64,000 nucleotides of DNA from Alphaproteobacteria bacterium (GTDB lineage: Bacteria; Pseudomonadota; Alphaproteobacteria; CAAHEQ01; UBA3637), in contig JAZKXR010000007.1 of NCBI GenBank assembly GCA_045611705.1, positions 2,241-66,240 of the forward strand. The letters are read 5' to 3'. The translations under genes were made by a program, and so were the position numbers. Positions 40,152-49,576 of this stretch are shown here, in pieces. Each line of letters opens with the position of its first letter. The first letter of the stretch is position 1. The notes under the pieces were generated by a model, which saw only the letters and a program-made list of their open reading frames with translations, did no database searches and had not been told where the DNA came from.

Positions 40152-41102
40152 ATGCTGTCCAAGGATGAATTTTTAAAAAAAATTGAGGAAAATGTTTTTC
40201 CTTTGATTGATATGGAAAAGGAAGAAAAAGTAAAGCGAATAGCCAAAATATCATCTGTTTGTGTTTTTGTTGTTGCTTTGATTTGTGCCATTGTATATGT
40301 TGCATTACACCCGCCCAAGATTGCCGAAGATTATAAAAATGCAGTACTTTTAATTATTGTGCTTCCTTTTATATTGGCTGTGAATGTTTTCAGTTTTATT
40401 TTGAGACGTTATACTCGTTCTGTCAAAAAAAAATTACGTCCGATTGTTTTAAAGATTTTAAATGCTGTTCATATTCCCGAAAAACAGTTATCCGGTTTAA
40501 GCATTAATCAACTCAGGAAAATTCATTTTTTACCCCGATTTGATTCCAGACGAAAAGATAAAATTAAACACGATAGTTTTGGTATGAAGGATGAATCTTT
40601 GCCTTTTTATATTCAGGAGGTTTTGTTTTCAACCGGCGGAAAACATCCTAAAATTTTTCAAGGCCCTGTTATTCGTTTTTTTCTGCCCGAAAAGTCCGAT
40701 TTTGCATTGATGGTTGTGAAAAAAAATTCTCTTTTGAGTAAAGATGAATTTTCTTTGGGGGCAAAACAATCTTTAAATTCGTTATTCGGAAAAGATGATT
40801 GGCAACCATTGATTTTGGAAAGTGTCTCTTTTAACAAAGATTATTTTGCCTTTACCAATGATCAAATTAAAGCACGCCGTTTGTTAACGCCTGTTTTTAT
40901 GGAACACATTAAGGATGTGGAAAAGGTGTATCATGCCCCGACTAATTTTCTTTTTTATGAAGATCAACTTATTTTATTCGTAAAAACAAACAGAGATATG
41001 TTTGAATTTTTTTCAATGGGAAAAATGAAATCATCTTATATCAGATTTTATAACGAAATAAAAGTATTGCATCAGTTTAAAGATATTTTTGATTTGAAAT
41101 AA
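40152..41102 (+). CDS. membrane protein often paired with LemA (DUF3137-like)
   Basis: Divergent from lemA; two TM helices after an N-terminal soluble segment. Confidence 0.35.
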   Translation: MLSKDEFLKKIEENVFPLIDMEKEEKVKRIAKISSVCVFVVALICAIVYVALHPPKIAEDYKNAVLLIIVLPFILAVNVFSFILRRYTRSVKKKLRPIVLKILNAVHIPEKQLSGLSINQLRKIHFLPRFDSRRKDKIKHDSFGMKDESLPFYIQEVLFSTGGKHPKIFQGPVIRFFLPEKSDFALMVVKKNSLLSKDEFSLGAKQSLNSLFGKDDWQPLILESVSFNKDYFAFTNDQIKARRLLTPVFMEHIKDVEKVYHAPTNFLFYEDQLILFVKTNRDMFEFFSMGKMKSSYIRFYNEIKVLHQFKDIFDLK

Positions 41103-41107
41103 TTATA

Positions 41108-41136
41108 TTGCAATTTCAAAAAAGATAAGCTATAAT
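41108..41136 (+). promoter_or_regulatory. sigma70-type promoter (TTGCAA-17-TATAAT)
   Basis: -35 at 41108-41113, exact 17-nt spacer, consensus -10 at 41131-41136. Confidence 0.45.
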
Positions 41137-41142
41137 TTCATT

Positions 41143-41337
41143 GTTCGGATGGTCCGTCCGAACTGTGGTTTTAGCAGGCCTAATCAATACGGACATTGGG
41201 GATTTGTATCCCAAAGTCGGACATTCACCCAAATGGGTGGATGCTTGCCGAATAAAGGCATTTGCCCAATAGGCAAGGCTATTTTCGTATTGATATGGTT
41301 GCTAACTCCACCCACTTTTCAAAAGTGGGCTTTTTTT
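41143..41337 (+). ncRNA. candidate structured sRNA or attenuator leader of about 195 nt (promoter to intrinsic terminator) upstream of a small lipoprotein gene
   Basis: Hairpins TTCGGAtggtccgTCCGAA, GGGGATttgtATCCC, CACCCAaaTGGGTG, then terminator CCCACTTttcaaAAGTGGG plus T7. GGGTGG can alternatively pair with CCACCC of the terminator. Confidence 0.35.
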
Positions 41338-41352
41338 ATAAAAGGAGTTAAA

Positions 41353-41532
41353 ATGCGATATATAATTTTTGTTGTTATTTTGTCTTTTGTTTTAACGGCT
41401 TGCACTTATGCCGGGCCTTTTATCACAAATGTTTCGCAAAACAAAGACGGCACTTTAACCATTGAAAAATGTTTGGTGGAACATAACGGTTTTGGGATTG
41501 CCACCACAAATTGCACCATCGGAAAAATATAA
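41353..41532 (+). CDS. small lipoprotein (59 aa)
   Basis: AAAGGAG RBS; lipobox LTAC. Confidence 0.4.
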   Translation: MRYIIFVVILSFVLTACTYAGPFITNVSQNKDGTLTIEKCLVEHNGFGIATTNCTIGKI

Positions 41533-41588
41533 TCTCTGAATAAAATCTTGACTTGCATTTTGTTGAAAATCGTTTTATATTCTAGTTT

Positions 41589-42569
41589 ATGTTGACATTT
41601 TTATGGCCATGGTTTGCACTTGTTTTACCATTGGCGTGGGGGATAAGGCGTTTGTTAAAGCCGGCACCACGCATGTCGCAGACTATGGGTGCTATTCGTG
41701 TACCGTTTTGGGACAGATTAAATCAATCGGGATCAGGTAAACAAGCCACCGAAAACAGTGCTTTTTCAAAATTTTTAACCATTATGGCTTGGCTTTTTTT
41801 GGTATTGTCGGCCATGCGTCCGATATGGTGGGGCGAACCGATTGCCAATCAACAATCATCACATAACATCATGTTGGCGTTGGATGTGTCGGGCTCTATG
41901 GAAGAACAGGATTTTGATATCAATCGCCAACCTGTCACCCGTTTGCAAATGTTAAAAGCTTTATCGGATCAATTTATCAAATCACGCCAAGGCGATCATT
42001 TGGGGTTGGTGATTTTTGGATCTGAGGCCTATACCTATGCCCCTTTATCGCCTGATATTACCACTTTGCGTGAATTGTTGGGCGAGGTGGGAATCGGCAT
42101 TGCCGGCACTCAAACAGCCATTGGTGAAGCGTTGGCTTTGGCGGTGCAGGGGGTGGCCAGTGTGCCGACCGACAGCCAAATTGTGATTTTAATGTCCGAT
42201 GGGGCATCCAATGCGGGGCGTGTTTCGGTGGATGAAGCCATCAAGTTGGCAGTGGGACAGGGGATTAAAGTTTACACTATCGGTATCGGTTCGGATGCCA
42301 AGATGATTCAGGACTTTTTTGGTTTGATTCAAATCAATCCGTCACAAAATTTGGATGAAGAAACATTATTGGGAATTGCCCAAAAAACAGGTGGGCGTTA
42401 TTTTCGGGCAAAATCAACGCAAGAGCTGGCCGAAATTTATAACCTGATAAATCAATTGGAACCGGTGGAACGGGAAAGCGAATGGATTCGCCCACGCAAA
42501 GAATTGTTTTATATTCCGTTGATGGTGGCAATGTTTTTATTGTTGTTGGCCCAAAGGAGGGTAAAATGA
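41589..42569 (+). CDS. batA: BatA-like von Willebrand A-domain membrane protein
   Basis: N-terminal TM segments; MIDAS motif DVSGSM. Confidence 0.7.
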   Translation: MLTFLWPWFALVLPLAWGIRRLLKPAPRMSQTMGAIRVPFWDRLNQSGSGKQATENSAFSKFLTIMAWLFLVLSAMRPIWWGEPIANQQSSHNIMLALDVSGSMEEQDFDINRQPVTRLQMLKALSDQFIKSRQGDHLGLVIFGSEAYTYAPLSPDITTLRELLGEVGIGIAGTQTAIGEALALAVQGVASVPTDSQIVILMSDGASNAGRVSVDEAIKLAVGQGIKVYTIGIGSDAKMIQDFFGLIQINPSQNLDEETLLGIAQKTGGRYFRAKSTQELAEIYNLINQLEPVERESEWIRPRKELFYIPLMVAMFLLLLAQRRVK

Positions 42570-43984
42570 TTTTTTTGCGGCCTTGGGCATTTTTGGCGTT
42601 GTTGTTTCCGATTTTTTGGTTGTGGTACCGTCATCATCAAAACGGTGAAAGCCCGTGGAAAAAGTTTATGGATAAAGATTTATGGCGTGCTTTAAGCGTT
42701 AATCAGGCTTCGGATAAAACGGTGGCCAAAAAAAGCCGTTTGATATTGTTATTATGGTTTATTTTAACGTTGGCTTTATCGGGACCGGCTTGGTATAAAA
42801 TGCCCACACCCGCCCGTATCAGCCAACCAAATACCGTTATCGTGATGGATTTAAATCCCGAAATGAATAACGATACGCTTAAAAAAATTCAAATGCGTCT
42901 GTATGATTTATTGGACGTGTTAAAGGGACATCGGGTGGGTTTGGTTTTATACGGCACGGATGAAGGTTATACGGCCATGCCCTTGACCCCTGACAGGACT
43001 TTGATTCAACAATTGATTCCTGATTTAAGGCCAAATGTATTGCCTCAGGTATCGTTGAATCCCAAGGTCGGTATTCGTCAGGCCGAACAATTGTTAAATC
43101 GCACACAGCAACAGGGACAGATTTTATTTTTAACGCCTGATGATAAAAATCTTTCGGCCGATTATCCTTTGACGGTTGTGAATTTAAAAACAAACCTGAA
43201 CGAATTGATACAAAATTTAAAAACACAGCAGGCGCTGGGTGAAAATCAAGATTATAATGCCGATACATGGGCCGATATGGGGATTTGGTTGGTGTTATTG
43301 GCTTTGCCGATTATGTTGCTTTGTTTCAGACGTAATGTATTGTTTTTATTTTTGGGTTTGGCCTTTGTGCCATCCGCCCATGCCGAATGGTTTTTGCGTC
43401 CCGATCAACAGGCTTATCGTTTGAATCAACAAGGGGTTCAGGCCTATCGTCAAGGACAATATCAACAGGCCTATGATTTGTTTCAGGATGCCTATAATCA
43501 AGGTAATGCTTTGGCCTTTCAGGGAAAAATAAAACAAGCAATTGATGCCTATGATACGGCTTTGCGTGAAAATCCCGATGATATGGATGCGAAATTTAAC
43601 AAAGAATATCTGGAAAAACAATTGCAAAATCAGGATAAAAATCAATCAAAGGAAAATCAAGAACAACAAAATCAATCAAACAGTGATAACCAAACAGAAA
43701 ATCAAAACAATTCGGATAAAGAAAACGAACAAAACGAAGCTCAATCATCTGAATCCGAAGCAGAACAGTCAGAACAAAAAAATACCGAACAAGAATCCAA
43801 ACCCCAAAATGCCCAACCCACGCAAGATGAAACGGTGTCGGAATTAGAACAGGCTTTATCCGAACAACCCAGCGAAGAACCCTTTAATCAAAAAGAACAG
43901 CAAATCCTGAATCGGTTAAATTTGGATCCGTCCCGTGTTTTGCGTTATCGTTTAAACTTACAACATCAAAGGAATCAAAGATGA
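42566..43984 (+). CDS. batB: BatB/BatC-like VWA plus TPR protein with a Q/N/E-rich low-complexity tail
   Basis: ATGA overlap with batA; VWA region then TPR-like region (QQAYDLFQDAYNQGNALAFQGKIKQAIDAY). Confidence 0.65.
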   Translation: MIFLRPWAFLALLFPIFWLWYRHHQNGESPWKKFMDKDLWRALSVNQASDKTVAKKSRLILLLWFILTLALSGPAWYKMPTPARISQPNTVIVMDLNPEMNNDTLKKIQMRLYDLLDVLKGHRVGLVLYGTDEGYTAMPLTPDRTLIQQLIPDLRPNVLPQVSLNPKVGIRQAEQLLNRTQQQGQILFLTPDDKNLSADYPLTVVNLKTNLNELIQNLKTQQALGENQDYNADTWADMGIWLVLLALPIMLLCFRRNVLFLFLGLAFVPSAHAEWFLRPDQQAYRLNQQGVQAYRQGQYQQAYDLFQDAYNQGNALAFQGKIKQAIDAYDTALRENPDDMDAKFNKEYLEKQLQNQDKNQSKENQEQQNQSNSDNQTENQNNSDKENEQNEAQSSESEAEQSEQKNTEQESKPQNAQPTQDETVSELEQALSEQPSEEPFNQKEQQILNRLNLDPSRVLRYRLNLQHQRNQR

Positions 43985-45396
43985 AAAAGATAATAGCCTT
44001 TTCCTGTGCTTTGCTTTATTCTTGTTTTGCCCAAGCTGTTGAAGTGACCCTTTCGGCTCAACAAGTCAATCAAGGCGACAGTTTGTCATTAAAAATATCC
44101 GATTCAAAGCCTTTGCAAAAGGTGGATTTAGCCCCATTGACCAAAGATTTTATGTTGGGTGGTCAAAGTCAAAGTCAATCCTCCCGCTTTATCAACGGGG
44201 TTGGTTCAACAACTTATGAATTGGGTATTGTTTTATTTCCGATAAAATCGGGAAAATTGGAAATACCGGCCTTAAAGGTTGGTAACGAAACAACAAAACC
44301 TTTAACTTTAACGGTTCATCCGGCGGGAACAAAATCGGCCACAAATAAAGCAGCGGATAATATTCAATTAAAGGCGGTTGTTTCTGATGCGAAACCCTAT
44401 GTCGGTCAAAGTTTATTTTACACGCTTCAATTGACGGACGGTGTGGGCATTTTGGATGGTGAAGTAATTCCTTCTCAAACGGATAAAATCAATATTATGC
44501 CTGTTGGATCGGATACTCAAAAAAAAGACATTCAAAACGGTCAGGTGATTCGTACCATAGAACGCACCTATCGTATCGTACCTGAATCGGCCGGTAAAAT
44601 TACAATTCCGCCGGCTATTTTTAACGGTCAGGTTGAATATACACAAGAAATTGGTAAAAACAAACGTTCTTTATTTGGTATGTTTGATACATCAGATGTG
44701 TTTGGTAATTTTATGGTATCTGCTCGTCCTGTTCAAATAATCAGCAATCCCATTGAATTGGATGTTCAGGCACAACCGGCTGATTGGTCAGGTTGGTGGT
44801 TGCCCAGCACAGACGTGCAATTAAATGTATCTTATCAGGTGCCACCGGATATTCAAGTCGGTGATGCCATCACGGGTGAATTGATTTTGTCGGCTTTGGA
44901 TGTGGATGCCAATGATATGCCTGTGCCCAAAATCACTGGACAAAGCCAATTCAGGCTTTATCCCGAACCCGAAGAAAGAACCACACAGCTAACATCAGAT
45001 GGTCATGTAAAAGGAACGGTAAAGGCTAAATTTTCTTTGGTGCCGTTACAATCGGGTGCGTGGGAAATACCGGCTGTATCTGTACCATGGTTTAACACGA
45101 AAAGCAAACAAAAAGAGCTGGCCCGAATTGAGGCTTATCCTTTAAATGTGCGTGTGGGGGAAAATCCGTTGCCTGTTTTGGCACCACCTCAACCTACAAT
45201 GCCTGTTCAAACAAAGGATATAACGGCATCTGCGACTAAAACAAATGGTTTTGTGGCGGGTCTTTTATGGGGCATTGGCGGTGTGTTGGGTGTTATGGCA
45301 TTGGTCGGTGGTATTGTTTGGCTGATTTATCGTCGTAAAAAAACAAAAAAGAAGCCAAAAAAGAAGCCAATTCCTGATTTTTATGCTTTCAAGTGA
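43981..45396 (+). CDS. batD: BatD-like protein (signal peptide, C-terminal TM plus basic tail)
   Basis: Operon position; C-terminal GLLWGIGGVLGVMALVGGIVWLIYRRKKTKKK. Confidence 0.6.
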   Translation: MKKIIAFSCALLYSCFAQAVEVTLSAQQVNQGDSLSLKISDSKPLQKVDLAPLTKDFMLGGQSQSQSSRFINGVGSTTYELGIVLFPIKSGKLEIPALKVGNETTKPLTLTVHPAGTKSATNKAADNIQLKAVVSDAKPYVGQSLFYTLQLTDGVGILDGEVIPSQTDKINIMPVGSDTQKKDIQNGQVIRTIERTYRIVPESAGKITIPPAIFNGQVEYTQEIGKNKRSLFGMFDTSDVFGNFMVSARPVQIISNPIELDVQAQPADWSGWWLPSTDVQLNVSYQVPPDIQVGDAITGELILSALDVDANDMPVPKITGQSQFRLYPEPEERTTQLTSDGHVKGTVKAKFSLVPLQSGAWEIPAVSVPWFNTKSKQKELARIEAYPLNVRVGENPLPVLAPPQPTMPVQTKDITASATKTNGFVAGLLWGIGGVLGVMALVGGIVWLIYRRKKTKKKPKKKPIPDFYAFK

Positions 45397-45482
45397 AAAA
45401 AGACTTGACTTTTTATTAAAAATAGTGTAAAAATAACGCCAATATTTAACAAGAAAGGATTTTGGCTATGACAAAAAAATGT

Positions 45483-45761
45483 ATGATTACAGAAAAAGGC
45501 GTTCTGTCCGGTAATAATAACAGCTATTCAAAACGTAAAACACGCCGTCGCTTTATGCCCAACTTGCAAACAGTTGCTATTTACAGCGAAATATTGGGTT
45601 GTGCGGTTGATATTCGTATCACATCCAACGGTTTGCGTACCATTGAAAAAAATGGTGGTTTGGATTTGTATTTGTTAAATACACCGGTTTCAAAGTTGTC
45701 GGCTGAATCCAAAAAATTGCGTGAACGTATTGCTTCAGCCAAAGCTGCCAAAGCCCAATAG
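45483..45761 (+). CDS. rpmB: 50S ribosomal protein L28
   Basis: TGNNNSYSKRKTRRRFMPNLQ motif. Start taken at MITEKG; an upstream in-frame ATG at 45462 is possible. Confidence 0.8.
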   Translation: MITEKGVLSGNNNSYSKRKTRRRFMPNLQTVAIYSEILGCAVDIRITSNGLRTIEKNGGLDLYLLNTPVSKLSAESKKLRERIASAKAAKAQ

Positions 45762-45775
45762 TTTTTCAAGCTATT

Positions 45776-45809
45776 AAAAATCCCCCTTATGAAAGGGGGA
45801 TTTTGTTTT
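45776..45809. terminator. bidirectional intrinsic terminator (ATCCCCCTT-atga-AAGGGGGAT flanked by A- and T-runs)
   Basis: Sits between convergent rpmB and the 242-aa gene. Confidence 0.6.
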
Positions 45810-45819
45810 GCCGTTTATC

Positions 45820-46548
45820 TTATCGGCCGCTTCTGGCTCGGCTCATCGCCAAAGCGTGGGCGGGACCGGCCGGTTTTGTGCTTTCCTTTTTGGGCTGATG
45901 TTCGCTTGATTTCGGATTGCTTTGTTTTTGTGTTTCGGCCTGTTTGGATTGCATGTATTCTTTTGGCACGAACTGAGTCAATTTGTTCCACATTTGAATG
46001 TTGCTTCCTTTTTTGGCCAAGTATTCATTTTTCAAATTGTTCCAAAACTCGGGTGATTTTGGTAAATCCCCCATCACCGCTACACCTTCATTGATGAAGT
46101 TTCGGGCAAAAGATTCCATGATTTCCTCTTTGTTTTTGATGTTCTTTCCAACTTTAAGACTTACCAAAGGCTTTTTGCCATTTTTCAAGGCGTGTACTTT
46201 TAAATATTTTGCCAATTTTCTGTGGAAGTCATCTATGTTTTTACTTTTGATGACAACCCCATTGGAACCAACAGCACTGTATTCTCCGTTTTTAAAGCCA
46301 CCCTTAAAGGACAAACCTGAGTTTCCATTCATATTTGTTTCATCGGGATTTGGTTTATCTTTATTATTATCCTCTAATTCTGGTAATTTAATTTCTTCGT
46401 CTTCTTTGAATTTATACTTTTCCAAATCATCCAATGTAATGGGCGTGCCGGCCTTTATATCCTGATCAAATTTTTTTTCGTTGAATTTGTCTTTCAATTC
46501 AGCCTGAAAGCGTTCTTTGATTGAGTTTGTTTGTGGTTTCATGTGCAC
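45820..46548 (-). CDS. highly charged K/E-rich hypothetical protein (possible secreted effector)
   Basis: 242 aa with no TM and no known motif. Confidence 0.35.
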   Translation of the reverse strand: MHMKPQTNSIKERFQAELKDKFNEKKFDQDIKAGTPITLDDLEKYKFKEDEEIKLPELEDNNKDKPNPDETNMNGNSGLSFKGGFKNGEYSAVGSNGVVIKSKNIDDFHRKLAKYLKVHALKNGKKPLVSLKVGKNIKNKEEIMESFARNFINEGVAVMGDLPKSPEFWNNLKNEYLAKKGSNIQMWNKLTQFVPKEYMQSKQAETQKQSNPKSSEHQPKKESTKPAGPAHALAMSRARSGR

Positions 46549-46701
46549 TCCTTTGTTTGCACTTATATTATACCACAGATCTGAAATTCGTCAAATTGAA
46601 GTCAAAAAATTGTTTTATATCAATGGGATATAAAATAACATTGATACATAATGGATTTTGTAAAGATTTGTTCATATGGCGGATGGGAATTAAAATAACA
46701 T

Positions 46702-47757
46702 TTATCCGCTTTTTTCTTCGTCCAATAAAATAACCCCCCCTTGGGCAAAAGGAATCATTAAACGACGGATAATTCTCCCATCTGGTAAATACAGGAAGAT
46801 TTCTTCTGTTTTGCTGAGCCCCGCAAACTGTTCTCGTTGTTGTTTTTTATATTGTGAAAAATCCATTACGCGGGATAAAAGTCCTTTTTCCTGTAACGAA
46901 TCCCAAAAATTTTCATAATCAGGTTTTGTATTTAACCATGATTCATCTAATTGCCACAAACGTGCAAAACTGGGACTACATGCAATCAATTGGCCGTTGG
47001 CATTAAACAGGCAAACAGCACAGGGCAGTTCTTGACACAAACGTCTGTGTGCCGTTGTAATTTCCCGTACCAAAGATTGTACTTCTTCTTCAGAACGCAT
47101 TTCCTGACCATAAGTCAGGGTATAGGTTGTTTCATCCGATTGAAAAGGACGTGTTTGCCAATGACACTGATTTAAAACATTATTGTCATTTTTTCCAACG
47201 GCCTGATTTGCAAAGATGACTTTGCCTTGCGTTGATCGGATAAATGTTGGAAAAGGAAAGCTTTCCCAGGCATTTTCCAGCAATTGTTTTTGTTGATATA
47301 ATTGGTCATAGTTTTGGTTTAGTTGATCAAATTTTTCCTGATAACGTGATAAATCGTTTATCCAAAAAACACGGGCCCCATTTTCAAACGGACGAGCCCT
47401 TAAATGAAAACTTTGACGACCATGGTGCAATACACCATCAAATGGAATTTCTTTTTTTACCAAAATATCATAATTTTGAATAAAAAACTGTTTATCCTCT
47501 GGGGGCAAATGTTTGATCAATTCTTTAATGGTGCGTGGTCGTTTTGATAAATCCCACATCAAACGCCAAGTTTTATTTAATAAAATTTTTCCGTTAAAAT
47601 CATAACATAACCCAACGGGGATATTGTGTAATAATTGTAATTGCAAATGGTGTTGTTGGCGCAAAAAACGATGTCGGATAAATTGAATCAACCACACACA
47701 ACATCCACCGACAATCAAGGCACACAGAATAATAAAAAAAATGGGATCTATTCTCAT
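46702..47757 (-). CDS. membrane-anchored PAS-like sensor-domain protein without output domain
   Basis: N-terminal TM, then about 330 aa of PAS-like repeats; no kinase or GGDEF motifs. Confidence 0.35.
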   Translation of the reverse strand: MRIDPIFFIILCALIVGGCCVWLIQFIRHRFLRQQHHLQLQLLHNIPVGLCYDFNGKILLNKTWRLMWDLSKRPRTIKELIKHLPPEDKQFFIQNYDILVKKEIPFDGVLHHGRQSFHLRARPFENGARVFWINDLSRYQEKFDQLNQNYDQLYQQKQLLENAWESFPFPTFIRSTQGKVIFANQAVGKNDNNVLNQCHWQTRPFQSDETTYTLTYGQEMRSEEEVQSLVREITTAHRRLCQELPCAVCLFNANGQLIACSPSFARLWQLDESWLNTKPDYENFWDSLQEKGLLSRVMDFSQYKKQQREQFAGLSKTEEIFLYLPDGRIIRRLMIPFAQGGVILLDEEKSG

Positions 47758-47760
47758 TTT

Positions 47761-49269
47761 TTATTTCCTTTCGGGTAAACGATAGGCCAAGGCCTCAGAA
47801 ATATGTTCAGGTAGAATTTCATCTGAAAATGCCATGTCTGCAATAGTACGGGACAGACGTATCATTCGATGAAAACCACGACCGGACAGTTGGAACTTTT
47901 CGGCTGCCTGAATCAATAATTGGCGTGCTTCATTTGTCAGGCTGGCCGTTTGTTCCAATTTTGCACCATCCAATTCGGCATTCAAAACATTTTGTCCCCG
48001 TTTTTGTTGAAAGGCACGTGCTTGAATCACACGGGCCAAAACGGTGGCTGAATCTTCCCCGCCTTCTAATTGTCCCAATATCCATGGGGATAACAGGGGA
48101 ACTTCAATTTGTAAATCAATTCTGTCCAACATTGGTCCGGATATTTTGGATTGATATTCTTCGGCACATCGTGGGGCCCGTGAACATGTTTTGCCCGCCA
48201 CGCCCAAGTATCCGCAACGACACGGATTCATGGCTGAAATCAATTGAAAGCGGGCCGGATATGAAATATGCGAATTGGCCCGTGCCACCGATACAACGCC
48301 TGTTTCAATCGGTTGGCGTAAAGCCTCCAAAGTTTGGCGGGGAAATTCGGGTAATTCGTCCAAAAATAAAACACCTCTATGGGCCAAAGAGATTTCACCC
48401 GGTTTTGCCTTTAATCCCCCCCCAACCATAGCCGGTGTTGAGGCGGAATGGTGTGGAGAACGATAAGGTCTGTGTGTAATCAATTGTCCGTCTTTTAACA
48501 GACCGGCCACAGAATGGATTTTACTGATTTCCAAAATTTCCTGAGTTGTCAAAGGTGGCAAAATGGACGGCAACCGGCTGGCCAACATGGATTTGCCCGA
48601 CCCCGGTGGTCCAATCATCAACATATTGTGTCCGCCAACGGCTGCAATTTCCAAGGCTCGCTTGGCGTTTTCCTGACCTTTGATATCCTTTAAATCCAAA
48701 GCATATGGTAAAATGGCATTTTGTTCGGCTGGTTTGGGTGGTAAAATATCCTCTTGACCTTTGTAATAATTTATCAGTTGCAATAAATCTTTGACAGGGA
48801 CGATATTTTCATTGCCTGACCAAGCGGCTTCTCCGCCTTGTATGGCAGGACACACAAAGCCCATTTGATACCCCATGGTGGCCACACTGGCCGGTAAAAT
48901 ACCCGATACGGGACGAATGGTTCCGTCTAATCCCAACTCACCCATCATGACAGTATTTAAAATTTTGTCGGTTGGAATAACCTCCATCGCTCCCAATAAT
49001 GCCACAGCAATGGGTAAGTCAAAATGGGTGCCTTCTTTTAACACATCAGCCGGTGCCAAATTCACGGTGATATGACTGCCTGGCAAAGATAAACCGATGG
49101 AATGCAAAGCTGAGCGAACTCTTTCACGGCTTTCGGCAATGGATTTATCGGCCAAACCGACAATGGTAAAACTGGGCATACCGCGTGAAATTTGAACCTC
49201 TATTGTAATTCGTAAAACATCAATACCGTTAAAGGCAACCGAATGTGTTTTGGCCAACATATCTATCAT
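47761..49269 (-). CDS. comM: YifB/ComM-family Mg-chelatase-like AAA+ ATPase
   Basis: N-terminal Lon-like domain, Walker A GPPGSGKS, C-terminal ChlI-like region. Confidence 0.85.
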   Translation of the reverse strand: MIDMLAKTHSVAFNGIDVLRITIEVQISRGMPSFTIVGLADKSIAESRERVRSALHSIGLSLPGSHITVNLAPADVLKEGTHFDLPIAVALLGAMEVIPTDKILNTVMMGELGLDGTIRPVSGILPASVATMGYQMGFVCPAIQGGEAAWSGNENIVPVKDLLQLINYYKGQEDILPPKPAEQNAILPYALDLKDIKGQENAKRALEIAAVGGHNMLMIGPPGSGKSMLASRLPSILPPLTTQEILEISKIHSVAGLLKDGQLITHRPYRSPHHSASTPAMVGGGLKAKPGEISLAHRGVLFLDELPEFPRQTLEALRQPIETGVVSVARANSHISYPARFQLISAMNPCRCGYLGVAGKTCSRAPRCAEEYQSKISGPMLDRIDLQIEVPLLSPWILGQLEGGEDSATVLARVIQARAFQQKRGQNVLNAELDGAKLEQTASLTNEARQLLIQAAEKFQLSGRGFHRMIRLSRTIADMAFSDEILPEHISEALAYRLPERK

Positions 49270-49333
49270 CCTTTCGTGATGACGTGATTATACCTGAAAA
49301 TATCAAAAAATTCAAGGTGTAAAAAGTGTTCCT

Positions 49334-49576
49334 TTAATCCTCTAATTTGATGCGAATTTTTTTCAAAATTTCCGATTTATTATAAGGTGGTGAAAATTGT
49401 TCCATTACCCAATTTAAAGCTCGTTCGATTTCTGTGTTTGTGGCGTTTTCATAAATTATTTTTAATTCCTTGATAAAGTTTTCCTTTGATTCGTTTGTTG
49501 ATAAAAAACTTTGTTCGGTTTCAATCGGTTTTTGACGGGTGGCCATAAATTTTTGGGCTTCTTCAAATAAATTCAT
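49334..49576 (-). CDS. hypothetical small protein
   Basis: 80-aa ORF overlapping the trkH stop. Confidence 0.25.
   Translation of the reverse strand: MNLFEEAQKFMATRQKPIETEQSFLSTNESKENFIKELKIIYENATNTEIERALNWVMEQFSPPYNKSEILKKIRIKLED

Noticed and set aside
43326-43847. Small ORFs (71, 99, 101 aa) inside batB
   Set aside because: They fall in the Q/N-rich low-complexity coding tail of batB, on antisense or alternate frames, with Lys/Asn-rich nonsense translations.
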